64,000 nt of DNA from the IMG/VR virus record IMGVR_UViG_3300045988_132703. One strand, given 5' to 3'. This document shows, one piece after another, positions 40,299 through 51,735 of the stretch. Numbering within the stretch: the stretch's first letter is position 1; every line of letters starts with the position of its first letter. A program made the translations under genes and the position numbers. Under the pieces are notes generated by a model that saw only the letters and a list, made by a program, of their open reading frames with translations, did no database searches and had not been told where the DNA came from. This DNA comes from a virus.

Positions 40299-41045
40299 TT
40301 ATCCCCATTGAAACATTTCAACAGGTTTACAGTTCCTAGTTCCATAACGCCCAATACAAATTGCATCTGCTTCATCTTCAGTAACATTTATATCGAACCA
40401 ATCTCTTACATGAACCTAAGCACTTCGTTTTTTATCAGTCCTTGTTTTACCTTTAATTCCAACATCAGCGCGCCAGGTAGACGAAGACACAACTTTAAAA
40501 TCTACGCCCTACTCGCGCAAAGAAACTTGAAGAACTCCGAGCAATTCAGCCAAAGCTTTATAAACAGTAACCCCATTTACGGCCTCGCCATTAAAAACTG
40601 ATTTTCCTTCAATTTTCTATTGATACTAAATATCTTCAAGTAAAACAATATCTGGTTTATAATTAATAATTAAATTAGTTAGCCACTAACGAATTTCAAC
40701 TAATCTATCAACAGTGTCTTTTGATTTAGCTTTAAAAACACCATACCGCAATAAAGTTTCGTCGTCCCATAATGACCAACCACTTATTTTTGTAGCCTAA
40801 TCTAGCGCGAGAATACGTCTAGCTTCCGTTTTTTGAATAGGAGACATATCCATTTTTTTCAAAGGGTTGGAATTACATATTGGACACTAAAATTTATTTC
40901 TAATTTTTTTATATGGCGCAATAACTAAATGACCTTCTGGGCATTCAAACTCCATGTCTGTTGATAAATTAATATATTCTTCGCTTCTAACTTTCCAACC
41001 TTTCTCAGCTAGATCAGAACGAATCTAATCTAGTGTTATTTTCAT
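40299..41045 (-). CDS. ruvC: RuvC-like Holliday junction resolvase with N-terminal zinc-finger region (248 aa, 8 TAG as sense)
   Basis: It does not appear as one ORF in the track because of the TAG codons. ATG at 41045 gives MKITLD(Q)IRS...CPEGH...(Q)CPICN...RILALD(Q)ATKISGWSLWDD...IVLLEDI(Q)YQ(Q)K...EDEADAICIGRYG. The D...E...D catalytic layout matches phage RuvC-type resolvases. It ends at TAA 40299-40301. Confidence 0.7.
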
Positions 41046-41050
41046 TTTAA

Positions 41051-41827
41051 TTAGCGGCCTGATGAACCAAAGCCAGCTCCTCTATCAGTGGAATATTTTT
41101 CAAACTCTTCTTCAGAAATTTCTTGAGCCTGCATTTTAGGAGTTTGTTCAAGAATCATTTGTGCAATTCTGTCACCTTTTTTAATAACATAAGGTTCAGA
41201 ACCAGTATTCCAAACAATGACTCCGACCTCATTACGATAAGTGCAATCTACTGTACCTGGCGCATTTGCAACTCTAATGCCAGTTTTTAGACTCATACCA
41301 CTACGGGGGACTACGGAAATACGATAACCACCAGGAATAATCATTTTAACTCCAGTGTGAATAATCATTGTTTCACCGGGTTCAACAACTGCATCTTCAT
41401 TAGAATAAATATCTGCACCCGCGTCACCAATAGACTGATAAGCAGGAATAATTGCATCAGGAGTAACTTTACAAAATTTAACTGGAACCTTTTGGAAATA
41501 ACCATTAGTTTCCTTAATTTCTTTAAACATGGCTTGGCAGCGAGCCATAAATGAAAGAATCATTTCCTTTTTCTTGCCGGTACCAAAAACATTTTTTCGA
41601 GCCTGATCAACCCATTCATCAAATTGCTTATCATAATGATTAAATTCTTGAGGATTATTCGCGCGAGAATCAACAAGTACGCGAACAAAATCTTCACTAT
41701 TCATAATAGTTTCAATCAAAGAATTAATTTCAGTAATATCTCTACCGTCTTCAAAAGCTTGATCGGGAATCTGGACAAAATCATCAAAAAGTTTCAAAGG
41801 ATTGTCTTGTAAAAAATTCTCATTCAT
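41051..41827 (-). CDS. dut: dUTPase with N-terminal extension (about 258 aa)
   Basis: The C-terminal half has AYQSIGDAGADIYS...VVPRSGMSLK...GTVDCTYRNEVGVIVWN...GDRIAQMILE...RGAGFGSSGR, the classic trimeric dUTPase motifs. The ATG at 41827 is preferred over the TTG at 41839. Confidence 0.85.
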   Translation of the reverse strand: MNENFLQDNPLKLFDDFVQIPDQAFEDGRDITEINSLIETIMNSEDFVRVLVDSRANNPQEFNHYDKQFDEWVDQARKNVFGTGKKKEMILSFMARCQAMFKEIKETNGYFQKVPVKFCKVTPDAIIPAYQSIGDAGADIYSNEDAVVEPGETMIIHTGVKMIIPGGYRISVVPRSGMSLKTGIRVANAPGTVDCTYRNEVGVIVWNTGSEPYVIKKGDRIAQMILEQTPKMQAQEISEEEFEKYSTDRGAGFGSSGR

Positions 41828-41981
41828 AAGAGTTTTCAATCTCCTTTAGTTCTTGTAAAATTTTTCTTACTCCTTCTCGCCACATTGGCATATCAGGAGA
41901 ATATTCTCCATTTGCAATAGAAATATTTATCTTATTTTGAAGCTGTTTTAATTCAGCTTGTAAATCTTGAATAGTTTTCAT
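41820..41981 (-). CDS. small hypothetical protein (53 aa)
   Basis: This ORF is below the track cut-off. ATG at 41981 overlaps the upstream TGA (ATGA). The protein is MKTIQDLQAELKQLQNKINISIANGEYSPDMPMWREGVRKILQELKEIENSYE. Confidence 0.4.
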   Translation of the reverse strand: MKTIQDLQAELKQLQNKINISIANGEYSPDMPMWREGVRKILQELKEIENSYE

Positions 41982-43054
41982 AATCTAGGTCTCCATTTAC
42001 CACTATCTCGAACTTGGCGAACATTTAAATTAGCCAATATATACAAATTACGGTCAGCTTGGATTGTTTGATTTATCAATTTGCATCGCTCTTTGCCAGC
42101 AATATGATAAACTTCATCCATAACTGTTTTATTAGAAGTAGGATTCAATTTATAAGTAAGAATATTTGAAAAAGCTCTCATTAAAATCTCATAAACAGTT
42201 GCTGCACCATCCCAATCATCTGGTTTTAAATCCACTTTTATAGGAATTTTTACATTGCGCGAGGCGCCATAAAAATAAATATTTAATGCAGCAATAAGAG
42301 CTTTTCGACTAGTAGGTTTCTCATTTAAAGGCACATGATAACCACAGTAGCAATTAAAACAATCTATATATTTCATTAATTTAGTAATAGGTATCCCATC
42401 ATTATGAACTAAAAATAACGCCTATCTACTATCAGTTATTGCTTTACTATTGGAAGAATAATAAACAAATAAATCTAAATCTTTTATCTAGCTGCTGTGT
42501 AAAAATAATAATTCATTTCCTCTTGAAGTAAAATAGTCAAATATTTCTTTTGCATAAGAGCTATTATAAAAATTATAATCATATAAAATGATTTTTTGAT
42601 TAGAATAATTTAGTTTAGTATAATCAATTAATAACTCATTTCCATTTGTTATTCTTAATAAAATAAAATCTTCGCTTAAAATTTTCTTAACTATCTAATT
42701 TTTAGTTCTAGTGGTAAATACATTTTCGTGAGTTTTTACAAAAGTAGAATAAAATGTCCTATCAGGAGGACTATGTTCAACTTCTTCTGGAAGTTTTACA
42801 TAATTACCAGTAAAGCCTCTACCTACCCATTGTAAATTACTTTGCAATAAAAAAGAAGAAGGAAAGTCCTTCTAAGAAAGACTTTCCCTAGAAAGATAAA
42901 GTATATCATATTTTTCACTATCTTCAAAAGATAGGACAAATTCTACTATATCTCCTCTTTTTTTATGATAATAGGACAATTTCATCAATTCAAGAGATGG
43001 ACAAAACTTCGCAGGATTTAAAAGAATATCCTAATCAAATATTCCAATATACAT
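41978..43054 (-). CDS. hypothetical protein (358 aa, 5 TAG as sense)
   Basis: ATG at 43054 overlaps the polymerase stop (TAATG). It is in frame with track ORF 41978..42376, with only TAG in between. Confidence 0.5.
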
Positions 43055-46000
43055 TAGTCTGTCCTCTCTGTTCTTAAAGTTAAATGTCCTGTTGAATAAT
43101 CAATATCTGAAATCAACGTAATTGGTTTATAGGGTGAAGTTTTATATGCTTTAGGAATTGCACTATCTCCACGACGAATACACTGAATAATAAGTTTATT
43201 TCCTCTTGTAAACCATGATTTTTCAGTAACCGTTTTTTTACCAGTTACTTCGTCTTTAATAAAAGACTGTTTATCATATTTTACAAATTGAGGTTTATAA
43301 ATTTTAACTTTTACAACTCCATACTGAGTTAATAGAGTTACAATGTTTTTCAGTTTATTTTTTTCAATTACTGTTCCTGCAATATTATGCAATTTATAAA
43401 TTGGAATTTCTTTTCCCTCTTTTGAAGTAAATATCGTTTCTGGAACTGGATCTTCTGGAAGATTAAAGAAATTATCAATTTCCCTTTCTTCAAAATCTAC
43501 TCCATCAAGTTCATGCGCACCATCATAATAACCAACGCTGTCCATTTCCCATTTAGGAATGAAACCAGAACAATATTTATTCCAAATCTCGTCAATGATT
43601 GCTTTATTTAAACTCTCTAAAACTTTAGGCTTTTTCAACCACGGACGAATTTTATCCATGTAAGCCTTATATATTTTTTCCATACGAGTTTGTTCAATCA
43701 TTGCTCCACTCTCTCCAAACTTAACTAAGTCTGGATTAAAATGTGCATTGAAAAATTCAAGAGAATAATCGTCAAGCAAATAATAAAGACCAGATTTACA
43801 ATTCTTTTTTAAGAATTTATTAAAATTATAAACTGCTGCAACATCTTGGTATTTATCTGGAATAATACCATACTTAATCAAAGTTGGCATATTAGCGAGA
43901 GTTAATTTATTTTTCGTTTCTGCAATACTTTCAATATAATTACGAAGAAGACTTTCGCGCGGGATAGAAGAAATTTTATCAAATGCTCCACATTTAATTA
44001 AATTAATAACTTGAAGTTTTGTACTTTTAACTTTCTTCAAGAAATCTTCAAAAGAATTATATGGCCGATTATCAATAATTTCATTTGCATAATCTGCACT
44101 AACTCTTGTGATACCTTTTAATCCATAAATAATTTTATGGTGCGCAACATCTGGAACAAAAGTATAATTTGAAGCATTAATGTCTGGAAGTTCAACATCG
44201 ACACCAAAATTCTTCATCTTGCCAATGGCAGAGCTAATTTTACCATATTGAACAGTTTTTGAAGATTTCTTTTTAGTATCTTCTTCATCTTCTAATTCAT
44301 CTTCAATATCATTGCCTAAAGTATAATCTTCATCTTTTGGATTATCTTCAAGACCACCACTATCAACAATTAAACAAGCCGTATCCCAATAAATTGGGTC
44401 ATAAAAATATGCCAAATTTAATTCTTGAATTGCTACTGTTGAATAAGCTATGGTATGAATAATACTAACTTGCCAAACATAATTTCTTATGCCATTTAAA
44501 ATGTTTTGGTCTGGACTATACCATCATCTTTAAGAAAAGATGTCCTTATTATAGTCTCTGAACGTCTATCTCAATTTAATATATTTTCTATAAAAAATAT
44601 ACTATTGGATATTTCGCTGCGTTTGATTATCCAATCTTAAACGATTTTACCTTACCGTTCCCATTACTGAACGCCGCAAATTAATTACTTAATTTGTTTG
44701 GTTGTTTAAGCTCTAAGGAGTTCCCCGCAATTTAAAGGATTTTCGATATACATCACTGTATAAAGTCGCTTAATTTTAACGAATAACCCATCTGCTTTTC
44801 GGCTTGAGACCAAATCCAATCAATAATGTCTTTAGAAGTTCCTAATTCTTTTCCCCGTTGATACAAATTTTCTTTTAAAGATGCAATTTCTTTAAATTTC
44901 TTTTTAGCAACAGTTTTACGGACTTTATTTGCTTCATCAACATTATAATTTGTAAATGGTAACATAACCGCGCGCATAAGAGATTCTTGGCTGTCCAATA
45001 CACCACCAAATTCCTTCATAAACTCATAAAGTTTATCTTTTTCTTCAGTAGTAGCATTAAGATTATAAATATCTCTTTTTAATTTTTCTGGATGCTCTTG
45101 GTATTCAACAAATTCCTCAACAGGAGTTTTTTGTCCTTTTTCTGGCATTAATCGCATCAAACTATTTGACTGCGCAAGAGTAAGCAAATTTTTTGGTTTA
45201 ATCTGTTTCGCTGTTTGCAATCCAACAGGAGTATCAAATTGGAACAAACTAATAATTTTATTGTCGCCAACAAGCTTCCACATTTCCGGATTATCGTAGT
45301 CAATAACATCTGGATTTAGATATTTCATATAAGTAGCTTTTAAAGAACCTTGCCACTCCATTAAACCATCATTAAGAAGTAATTCCATTGTGGTACGGAT
45401 TCTATCCAAACCATCAATAGTTAAGAACCTTTATACCCTCGGTTTCCCGATATTTATTAGGGGAGTAGACTATCTCTTCATCCTATTGCTAGGAGTCTCG
45501 CACTTCGATTTAAAGGGATTTCACCTACCAGAGTTTCACTGGCCCTACTTCTATTGACATTTATAAAGCTGTCTAAAGAATAGTCGTTACACCTTCTAGA
45601 TTAATCTAGCTTGGCACGGTATTACCATATTATTTAACTTAGGCTTTTACCGTTAGCCGCAAAGCGACACCCTTAAATAAGGTTCACGAGATTATAATAT
45701 ATTATTACTAATATATCAGACATTTGATATATTTAGAAATTTTAGCATATCTTGAGTTTTTCTTTCTAGAGTAATTTCTGAGTTAGTTGAAAGTAAATAC
45801 TAAACAATATTTTTAGTTCTAATATACTAATCATCCATAAATATATACCTTTATCGTACTTAATATGACCCGCGTACTCTTCATCATGTAATTCCCATTG
45901 GCTACATTTTACTCCTTTAGGACTCTTCATCGTCGCGCCAAGTTCTGTAAATTTATCGTTTGTTAAGATAATACCAGAAGCATGAACTCCACGGCGACTA

Positions 46001-48512
46001 ATCAATCCCTCAATGTTTTTTGCAACATTCCAAATATCTTCATGTTTGCCCATTTCTGCAATAAATTGCGGAATAGGCTGATACCCCTTTTCTTCGTCTC
46101 CGTAATAACATTGCTGTAAACTTCTAACAAAACCGCGGTCAATAGGAATTAAAGAACTAAGAAAACTTCCTAATTCTGGTTCGTATCCTAAACCACGTGC
46201 AGCAGTTTGCAATGCTGCTTTTGAAGTTTCAGTGCCAAAAGTTGCGACACTCGTTAATTCTCCGCCAATGGACTCAAAGTAACGACGAACTGCTTCAATA
46301 AATCTTTCACGCTTGGATGCCTGAGAATCAATATCGACCTTTAATTACCCTCGGTTTCCCGATATTTATTAGGGGAATAGACTATCTCTTCATCCTATTT
46401 CTAGGAGTCCTGCGCTTCGAACGGTGATTAAATCTGCTCTACTACTTAGTCGTTACACCACATCTATCCTATAATCTTTACAATGTCCATATTTTCTTAA
46501 AGAAGATATGCTACAGTCAAAATATTCTTTAGCATATTCTGCGGCAGCTTTCTTATTGTCGAAGATTTTTATAATAGAGTTAGTTGAAATTTGAACTAAT
46601 GCACATTTTATCTAATTGCGTGCTGGTCCCATTGTAGAATAAGAATCATATAAATTATATTTTCTATCACACCATTCAAGATTTTCTAATTTATTATTGC
46701 TTCTATTCTTATCTTTATGATTTACCTCTGGTAAATTATCTGGATTAGGAATAAAAGCTTCTGCAACAAGTCTGTGAACAGCGTAATGTTTTGCTATATT
46801 ATTTTCACATAAAGAAATATATTGATAACCAGCCATATTTGTCCAAGCAGACATTTCTTTAGGCTTTTTATATTTATATGAAATAACTCTTCCATCATCG
46901 GTTATCCCATAATCTTCGTGATTTTTAATTCTTTTTTCCATTAATTTTCACCTCTAATCAAGAAGTAAAAATTTATCAACTTTCCTCTAAGAAAAATAGA
47001 TACGGCACGGTATTATCTTTTCGGATTTCCACCGTTAGCCATTTTAAATGACACGCGATAATCAATCGCTTCACAGGATTTTCTATTATGATATTACTAT
47101 CATAAGCGGACTATGATATAAGTTAATCCGCGAGTTCTGCACGTCCTCTTGAACAAAATCTCCAATAAGGAAGTGCAGTTGGACTTTTCAATGGATCGCG
47201 CTGAATAATGTCCATCAAATATGCGCTTAACATTGAACCTACTGAACCACGCCAAGGACCGACTAAAGAGTCACCATCTGTCCAAGCAATATCAATAACT
47301 TTACGAACGGTGATAAAATAAGCACTTAAACGCTCTTGAATTTTTTCGGATACAATCCACATTTCTTGAAGTTCTTCTTCAAGTCTATCAAGATGAATTT
47401 TGTCTAAACAATCTAATTCAAGCCCTTTTTGAATAATACTATAAAGAAAGAATTTATCTTCTTCATATTCACTATTCAAATACTTATTTAAATATTCTCG
47501 TTCGCCAATGATTTTTTGTGGCTCACAGTGGATTAAATGCCAATCAAGAGGAATACGAGGAACAATTTGCTTATATGCCAAATCATATTCTTCAATCATT
47601 GAACAAACTTTATTACTATTTTCAAAAATTTGAGTAATAAAATCGTCATCAAAATAATTAAGTTTCTCTCGAATTTCCTCTGCACTCATCATATAAGTGT
47701 AAGCGTAGAAATCATCAGTCTCTCTATCTCCATCGCCAGAATTAAGAAAACTCTTATGAATTTCTCTATCCTCTTGACGTAAATAGTGGCTATCAGTCGT
47801 AACTGTGATATTAAAATGATTCTTTTTTGCAAACTGCGCAGCTAAAGTATTAAAAGTAACTTGTTCTTTACTCAGCCCAGGCTGAATTTCAATAAAGAAA
47901 TTTTCTTTACCAAAAATTTGTTCACACCAATGGCAAAAATTTAATGCTTTTTCATACTGTTGATTTAAAATCAAATAATCGAAAAAACTACCTAAGCAAG
48001 CTGTTTGTGCAACCACATGTCCAGAATTATTTCCGATAATTTCTTCAATGTCTGAATAATAAGTTGGAACACGTTCCATAAATTGATAAAAACTTCTATT
48101 CCAAGCTCTTGAAGATAATTCTCGAAGTTGTTTATTTCCTATTTTATCTTTTGCTAATAAAATAAAGTGCCAAAATTTATCTTCACCTTTAATAAAGTTT
48201 TTTGCACTTAAATTATCACGGCAAAGATAAATCTCATTTCCTAATACAAGTTTAAAATTTTTAACTTGATTAGCCCATTTATCATTTGGTTCTGTCTCTA
48301 AAATCTTTTTCGCCTTTGATTTTAAAGATTTCATGTATTTTAAAGCTTTGATATAACCGGAAACACTCTCGTGGTCAGTGATTGCTACACCCGTTAAACC
48401 CAATTCCAAAGCATAATCAATTAATTTATCTTCTTTGATAATACAATCGAGCATACGAATGTTAGACCCACTAAGAATAATGGGTATGATTATGTCCACT
48501 AAAATATCCCAT
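43054..48512 (-). CDS. dnaE: DNA polymerase III alpha subunit (DnaE-type, PHP N-terminus), 4 exons / 3 group I introns plus a frame change near the start
   Basis: Exons on the minus strand are 47126..48499 (or from ATG 48512 with a 10-nt gap), 45853..46338, 44779..45427 and 43054..44492, summing to 3948 nt in frame from 48499. Motifs include HNHTHYS / NIRMLDC...AITDHESVSG (PHP), ...RFCSRGRAELAD|VDIDSQ..., HIKYD|FLTIDGL and ...HTIAYSTVAIQELNLAYFY. Confidence 0.8.
44493..44778 (-). mobile_element. group I intron pol-a (family II)
   Basis: The minus strand has AAATTGCGGGGAACTCCTTAGAGC, GCGGCGTTCAGTAATGGGAACGGTAAGG, CAAACGCAGCGAAAT, GTTCAGAGACTATAA and GGTATAGTCCAGACC, ending ...TTTTAAATG. P1 is UCGU/GCGA. 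Boundaries are good to within a few nt. Confidence 0.7.
45428..45852 (-). mobile_element. group I intron pol-e (family IV, ORF-less)
   Basis: The minus strand has GCGGCTAACGGTAAAAGCC, GGTAATACCGTGCCAAGC, GTAACGACTA, AGATAGTCTACTCCCC and CGGGAAACCGAGGGTATAAAGG. Splicing joins ...KYD to FLTIDGLDRI. Confidence 0.75.
46339..47125 (-). mobile_element. group I intron pol-f (family IV) carrying an HNH endonuclease gene
   Basis: P1 is GCGGAT|TAACTT...GTCCGC with a U.G. Core blocks are GGCTAACGGTGGAAATCC, AATACCGTGCC, GTAACGACTA, AGATAGTCTATTCCCC and CGGGAAACCGAGGGTAATTAAAG. Confidence 0.8.
46453..46941 (-). CDS. intron-encoded HNH homing endonuclease (162 aa, 1 TAG)
   Basis: RBS GAGGTGAAAA. Track ORF 46612..46941 (…HRLVAEAFIPNPDNLPEVNHKDKNRSNNKLENLEWC...) continues through a TAG to TAA 46453-46455. 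Confidence 0.75.
48464..48473 (-). other. 10-nt coding gap (candidate translational bypass or +1 frameshift site) in the polymerase gene
   Basis: The minus strand reads ...CAT ACC CAT TAT TCT TAG TGG G TCT AAC ATT CGT ATG CTC GAT. The take-off UCU is followed by TAG. An identical UCU 10 nt downstream is in the frame that continues as NIRMLDC... Confidence 0.45.
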
Positions 48513-48584
48513 TATTTCTTAGAATCACCTCTCTTTCTAATGCTTTCAATAAAGTAATTTGATATTATTTCCATTTCTATAAAT

Positions 48585-48613
48585 ATTATATCACATTTTT
48601 GCGCAGAAATCAA
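48585..48613 (-). promoter_or_regulatory. middle-class promoter (TTGATT-17-TATAAT-ATTTATAGAA)
   Basis: The plus strand shows ATTATA 48585-48590 and AATCAA 48608-48613, with the conserved TTCTATAAATATTATA block. Confidence 0.6.
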
Positions 48614-50671
48614 AACATTGCCCTACCATTTTCAAGCTCATAATCTTCTATGATAACTTGAGGAGTATAATTACCCATAAATTGATTTAAATTCATTTTA
48701 CCATAAACGGTAATTGCACCAATAGAATAAGACTGAACTTTTTGTGCAAAATCGGCATCTTTAAATTTAACAAAAGCAATCCCATCTTTTTCAATTTTAA
48801 CGGAATCTTTATTTTTGCCCATGATAAACACATCATTTTGGGTAAAAAGAATTTTATTGACAATAACTTTAGGTTCTTCAACACCTTTGCCATAAACATT
48901 TTTTATGGCGTCCAAATCAACACAAATAGATTCAATATCGCCGCAGAAATTTCCATCAAATTCAAAATCTACAAGATAGCTGTTTTCACCCAAATTGATA
49001 TTAGCCAATTTCTTATTACAGTATTTAATAAATTTATTCAAATTCTTTTCTGCAATCCCAATACCTGCCGCGCTTTCATGTCCTTCAGCATATTCGACCA
49101 ATCCACTCTTAGTACAAAAATCCTTAAAATTTGCAAGAGGACTATTTGAATTAACCCTAAAAGAACCTTTAAATACATTATCATCTGCTAAGCGAATTAC
49201 AATAGCAGGACGGTTATACATTTGACAAAGCTTCATCGCAATTAAGCCAGTTAAATTAGGATTGACATATCTTGATTCGTCGTCATCAAGGGCAACTAAA
49301 AGAACTTTGTTTTCATCTAAACATTCTTTTTCAATTTTCCCACAAAGAAATTGGACACTTTGGTCAATCATTTTATTTTGATGATTACGTGCATTAGTGG
49401 CGATTCGTGCGGCTTTATCTGCAATGACTTCTGTATCGCCAGGCTTTGCCCCACGTTTGGTAGATGGTTCAGTATCATTCGGACCGCTAATAAATGCTTT
49501 AAATAAAGTTTCTTTTTCTTCCATTGTCCCTACACGAATTACCGCATTAACGAGTGGCGCGATGAAAAAAGAAACATCTGTAGGAGTAATATCATCAATA
49601 TTTCCTATCGAGAAAGATTGTTTTAAAGCAAATCGAGTCAAACCATAATTCTTTAAATTTGTTAAACCTTGACTGATAATATATCTTGTCTCAAGATTTC
49701 TTAAATCCATCATGTCACCAACGATACCCATTGCTGCGAGATCAAGGAAATTGTCAGCGTAATTATAACCATATTTTATATCAAAATATTTAATAAATTT
49801 ATAGACAACTCCAGCACCAGATAAATCTCGGTTAGGATATTTCCCTAATTGATTATTAATAACAATCGCATTTTCGCTTTCTGCTTCACACAAGTGATGG
49901 TCAAGAATAAGAATATCAAAACCTTGTTCTTTTAATATTTTATGTTCTTCATATTGATTAGAACCTGCATCTGGAATAACAATTAACTTCGCTTCATGAG
50001 GAACTTTATCTAACTCAACACCATGCTATTTCCCAGAGTGCATAGACCAAAGAATTTGAATATTCGGTTTAATCAATTTTAAATAATTATAAAGAATAGC
50101 AGAAGATGTAACTCCATCCTGATCAGACATTACTACCCCGACTTTTGTCGTATTTATTCAGCAATTGCTGAAATTTATTATACTTTCTATTTAAATAAAA
50201 AGTATAAATTTTAAGGGATTAGACTATACAATCTCTTTCGAGTCGGTATTATAGTCGTTGAACGTTTCTCTTATTTATTACTAGACTTAGAGACTTCGCT
50301 GCGTTTGATTACCCAATCTTCAATGTTTTTACCTTACCGTTCCCGTTACTGAACGCCAATATAAAATTTCTTATATATCTTGGTAATTGAAGTTCTAAGG
50401 GACTCCCCGCAATTTAACCGATTTAACGTGGACTCAGACTTTTAGGTTAATCCACTACGTCATAAATAATTGAATTAGCATCTAAATGCTTCTTTAAAAG
50501 TTCCGCGCCAGCATCTATATTCTTCAAAAGAAGTGGCGAATAGAGAACTTCTTTCGAAGGTTTCAAATATTGAATCATTTCATCGTGATTCAATCCTCTT
50601 GCACGCAATAAAGTTTCGACATAAGATTCATTTGGCAAATGATTAATTTTACTATTTAATACATATTTCAT
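48610..50671 (-). CDS. recJ: RecJ-like DHH-family single-strand exonuclease, 2 exons / 1 intron (579 aa, 1 TAG)
   Basis: Exons are 50450..50671 and 48610..50127. The junction is ...IIYDVVD|SDQDGVTSSAIL (DHH motif I/II region). Other motifs are ...LILDHH... and ...GHESAAGI... Confidence 0.7.
50128..50449 (-). mobile_element. group I intron recJ-b (family II)
   Basis: P1 is GTGGAT|TAACCTAAAAGTCTGAGTCCAC. Core blocks are AAATTGCGGGGAGTCCC, GGCGTTCAGTAACGGGAACGGTAAGG, CAAACGCAGCGAAG, CGTTCAACGACTATAATACC and GTATAGTCTAATCCC. It ends ...GTAGTAATG. Confidence 0.8.
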
Positions 50672-51735
50672 TTAACAAAAACTCTCCTATTGAATAGTTT
50701 TTCAAATATCTCTACTCCACTATCAAAAGGAGCAGCTTTATATTCCAAAATTCCATCTGTATCAAAAATAAAAGAAAAATTAGCATAGTTCTTATATTTT
50801 TGGCACATAGAATAAAGTTTATTAAAATATACTTTTTGAGATATTTTATCATGATTCATACGGTCATAAGCCACAATTATATCAGTAACACCTAATTTAA
50901 CTAATTGCTTTACTAAAAATTTATTAAACTTATCACCGCAAGTTGCGACAACGCAATTATTATCTCCATACCAACCATCAGCAATTAAAGAACTTTTTTC
51001 ACCTTCAGCTAAAATTGCTAAATGATTCTTTTGGATAGCTTGTTTATTAAAATTTAATCCATAAAGATTATACATTAAAGGATGAGTATAAAATTTTCCT
51101 TGAATATATGCCGGCATATATTTACCACCATGATCAATTTTATATTCATCCAAATTTCTAACTCTAATCCCAATTAAATCTCCATCAATATTGTAATGAG
51201 GAATAATAATTTGATTATTAGCTTCAGAAAAAAGTATATGATATTTTTTCATACTCTTTATTGTAATTCCATCATTTATCCATTCGATAGGATAGAGTTC
51301 ATGAAAACAAGCAAGAACTTTACTATCATATATTTTATAAACAGGTTCTACATTGCCATTTACATATCGGTCACTAATGCTTTTATAAGAATCCGCGCTT
51401 TCAACTTTTTCAAAAAATACATCGGAATATTTACTAATAACATTAAAAACTGATGCGAAATCATTTGGCAAATTGCGTAGTTCAAGCATCTTTTTAACTA
51501 ACTCATAAATATCAAAGCTACCGCAATGAGTATAACAATGAAATAAATGAGTGTTAAAATAATAATATAATTTTTTACTACCGTCCTCTTGCTCAAGATT
51601 ATGGCAGATAGTTGGTAAAATCAGACAACCATTTGAAGTATTTTCTTCATAATTCAAATCTGGAATAAAATGTTGGATGATTTTTATTATATCATCTGGT
51701 TCAAGTTCCTCTTTTATTTTATCATAATCAATCAT
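50668..51735 (-). CDS. dnaG: DNA primase (CHC2 zinc finger + Toprim), 355 aa
   Basis: It has ICHNLEQEDGSKKLYYYFNTHLFHCYTHCGSFDIYELV (CHC2-type zinc finger) and LAILAEGEKSSLIADGW...DRMNHD (Toprim-like). ATGA overlaps occur at both ends. Confidence 0.7.
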   Translation of the reverse strand: MIDYDKIKEELEPDDIIKIIQHFIPDLNYEENTSNGCLILPTICHNLEQEDGSKKLYYYFNTHLFHCYTHCGSFDIYELVKKMLELRNLPNDFASVFNVISKYSDVFFEKVESADSYKSISDRYVNGNVEPVYKIYDSKVLACFHELYPIEWINDGITIKSMKKYHILFSEANNQIIIPHYNIDGDLIGIRVRNLDEYKIDHGGKYMPAYIQGKFYTHPLMYNLYGLNFNKQAIQKNHLAILAEGEKSSLIADGWYGDNNCVVATCGDKFNKFLVKQLVKLGVTDIIVAYDRMNHDKISQKVYFNKLYSMCQKYKNYANFSFIFDTDGILEYKAAPFDSGVEIFEKLFNRRVFVK

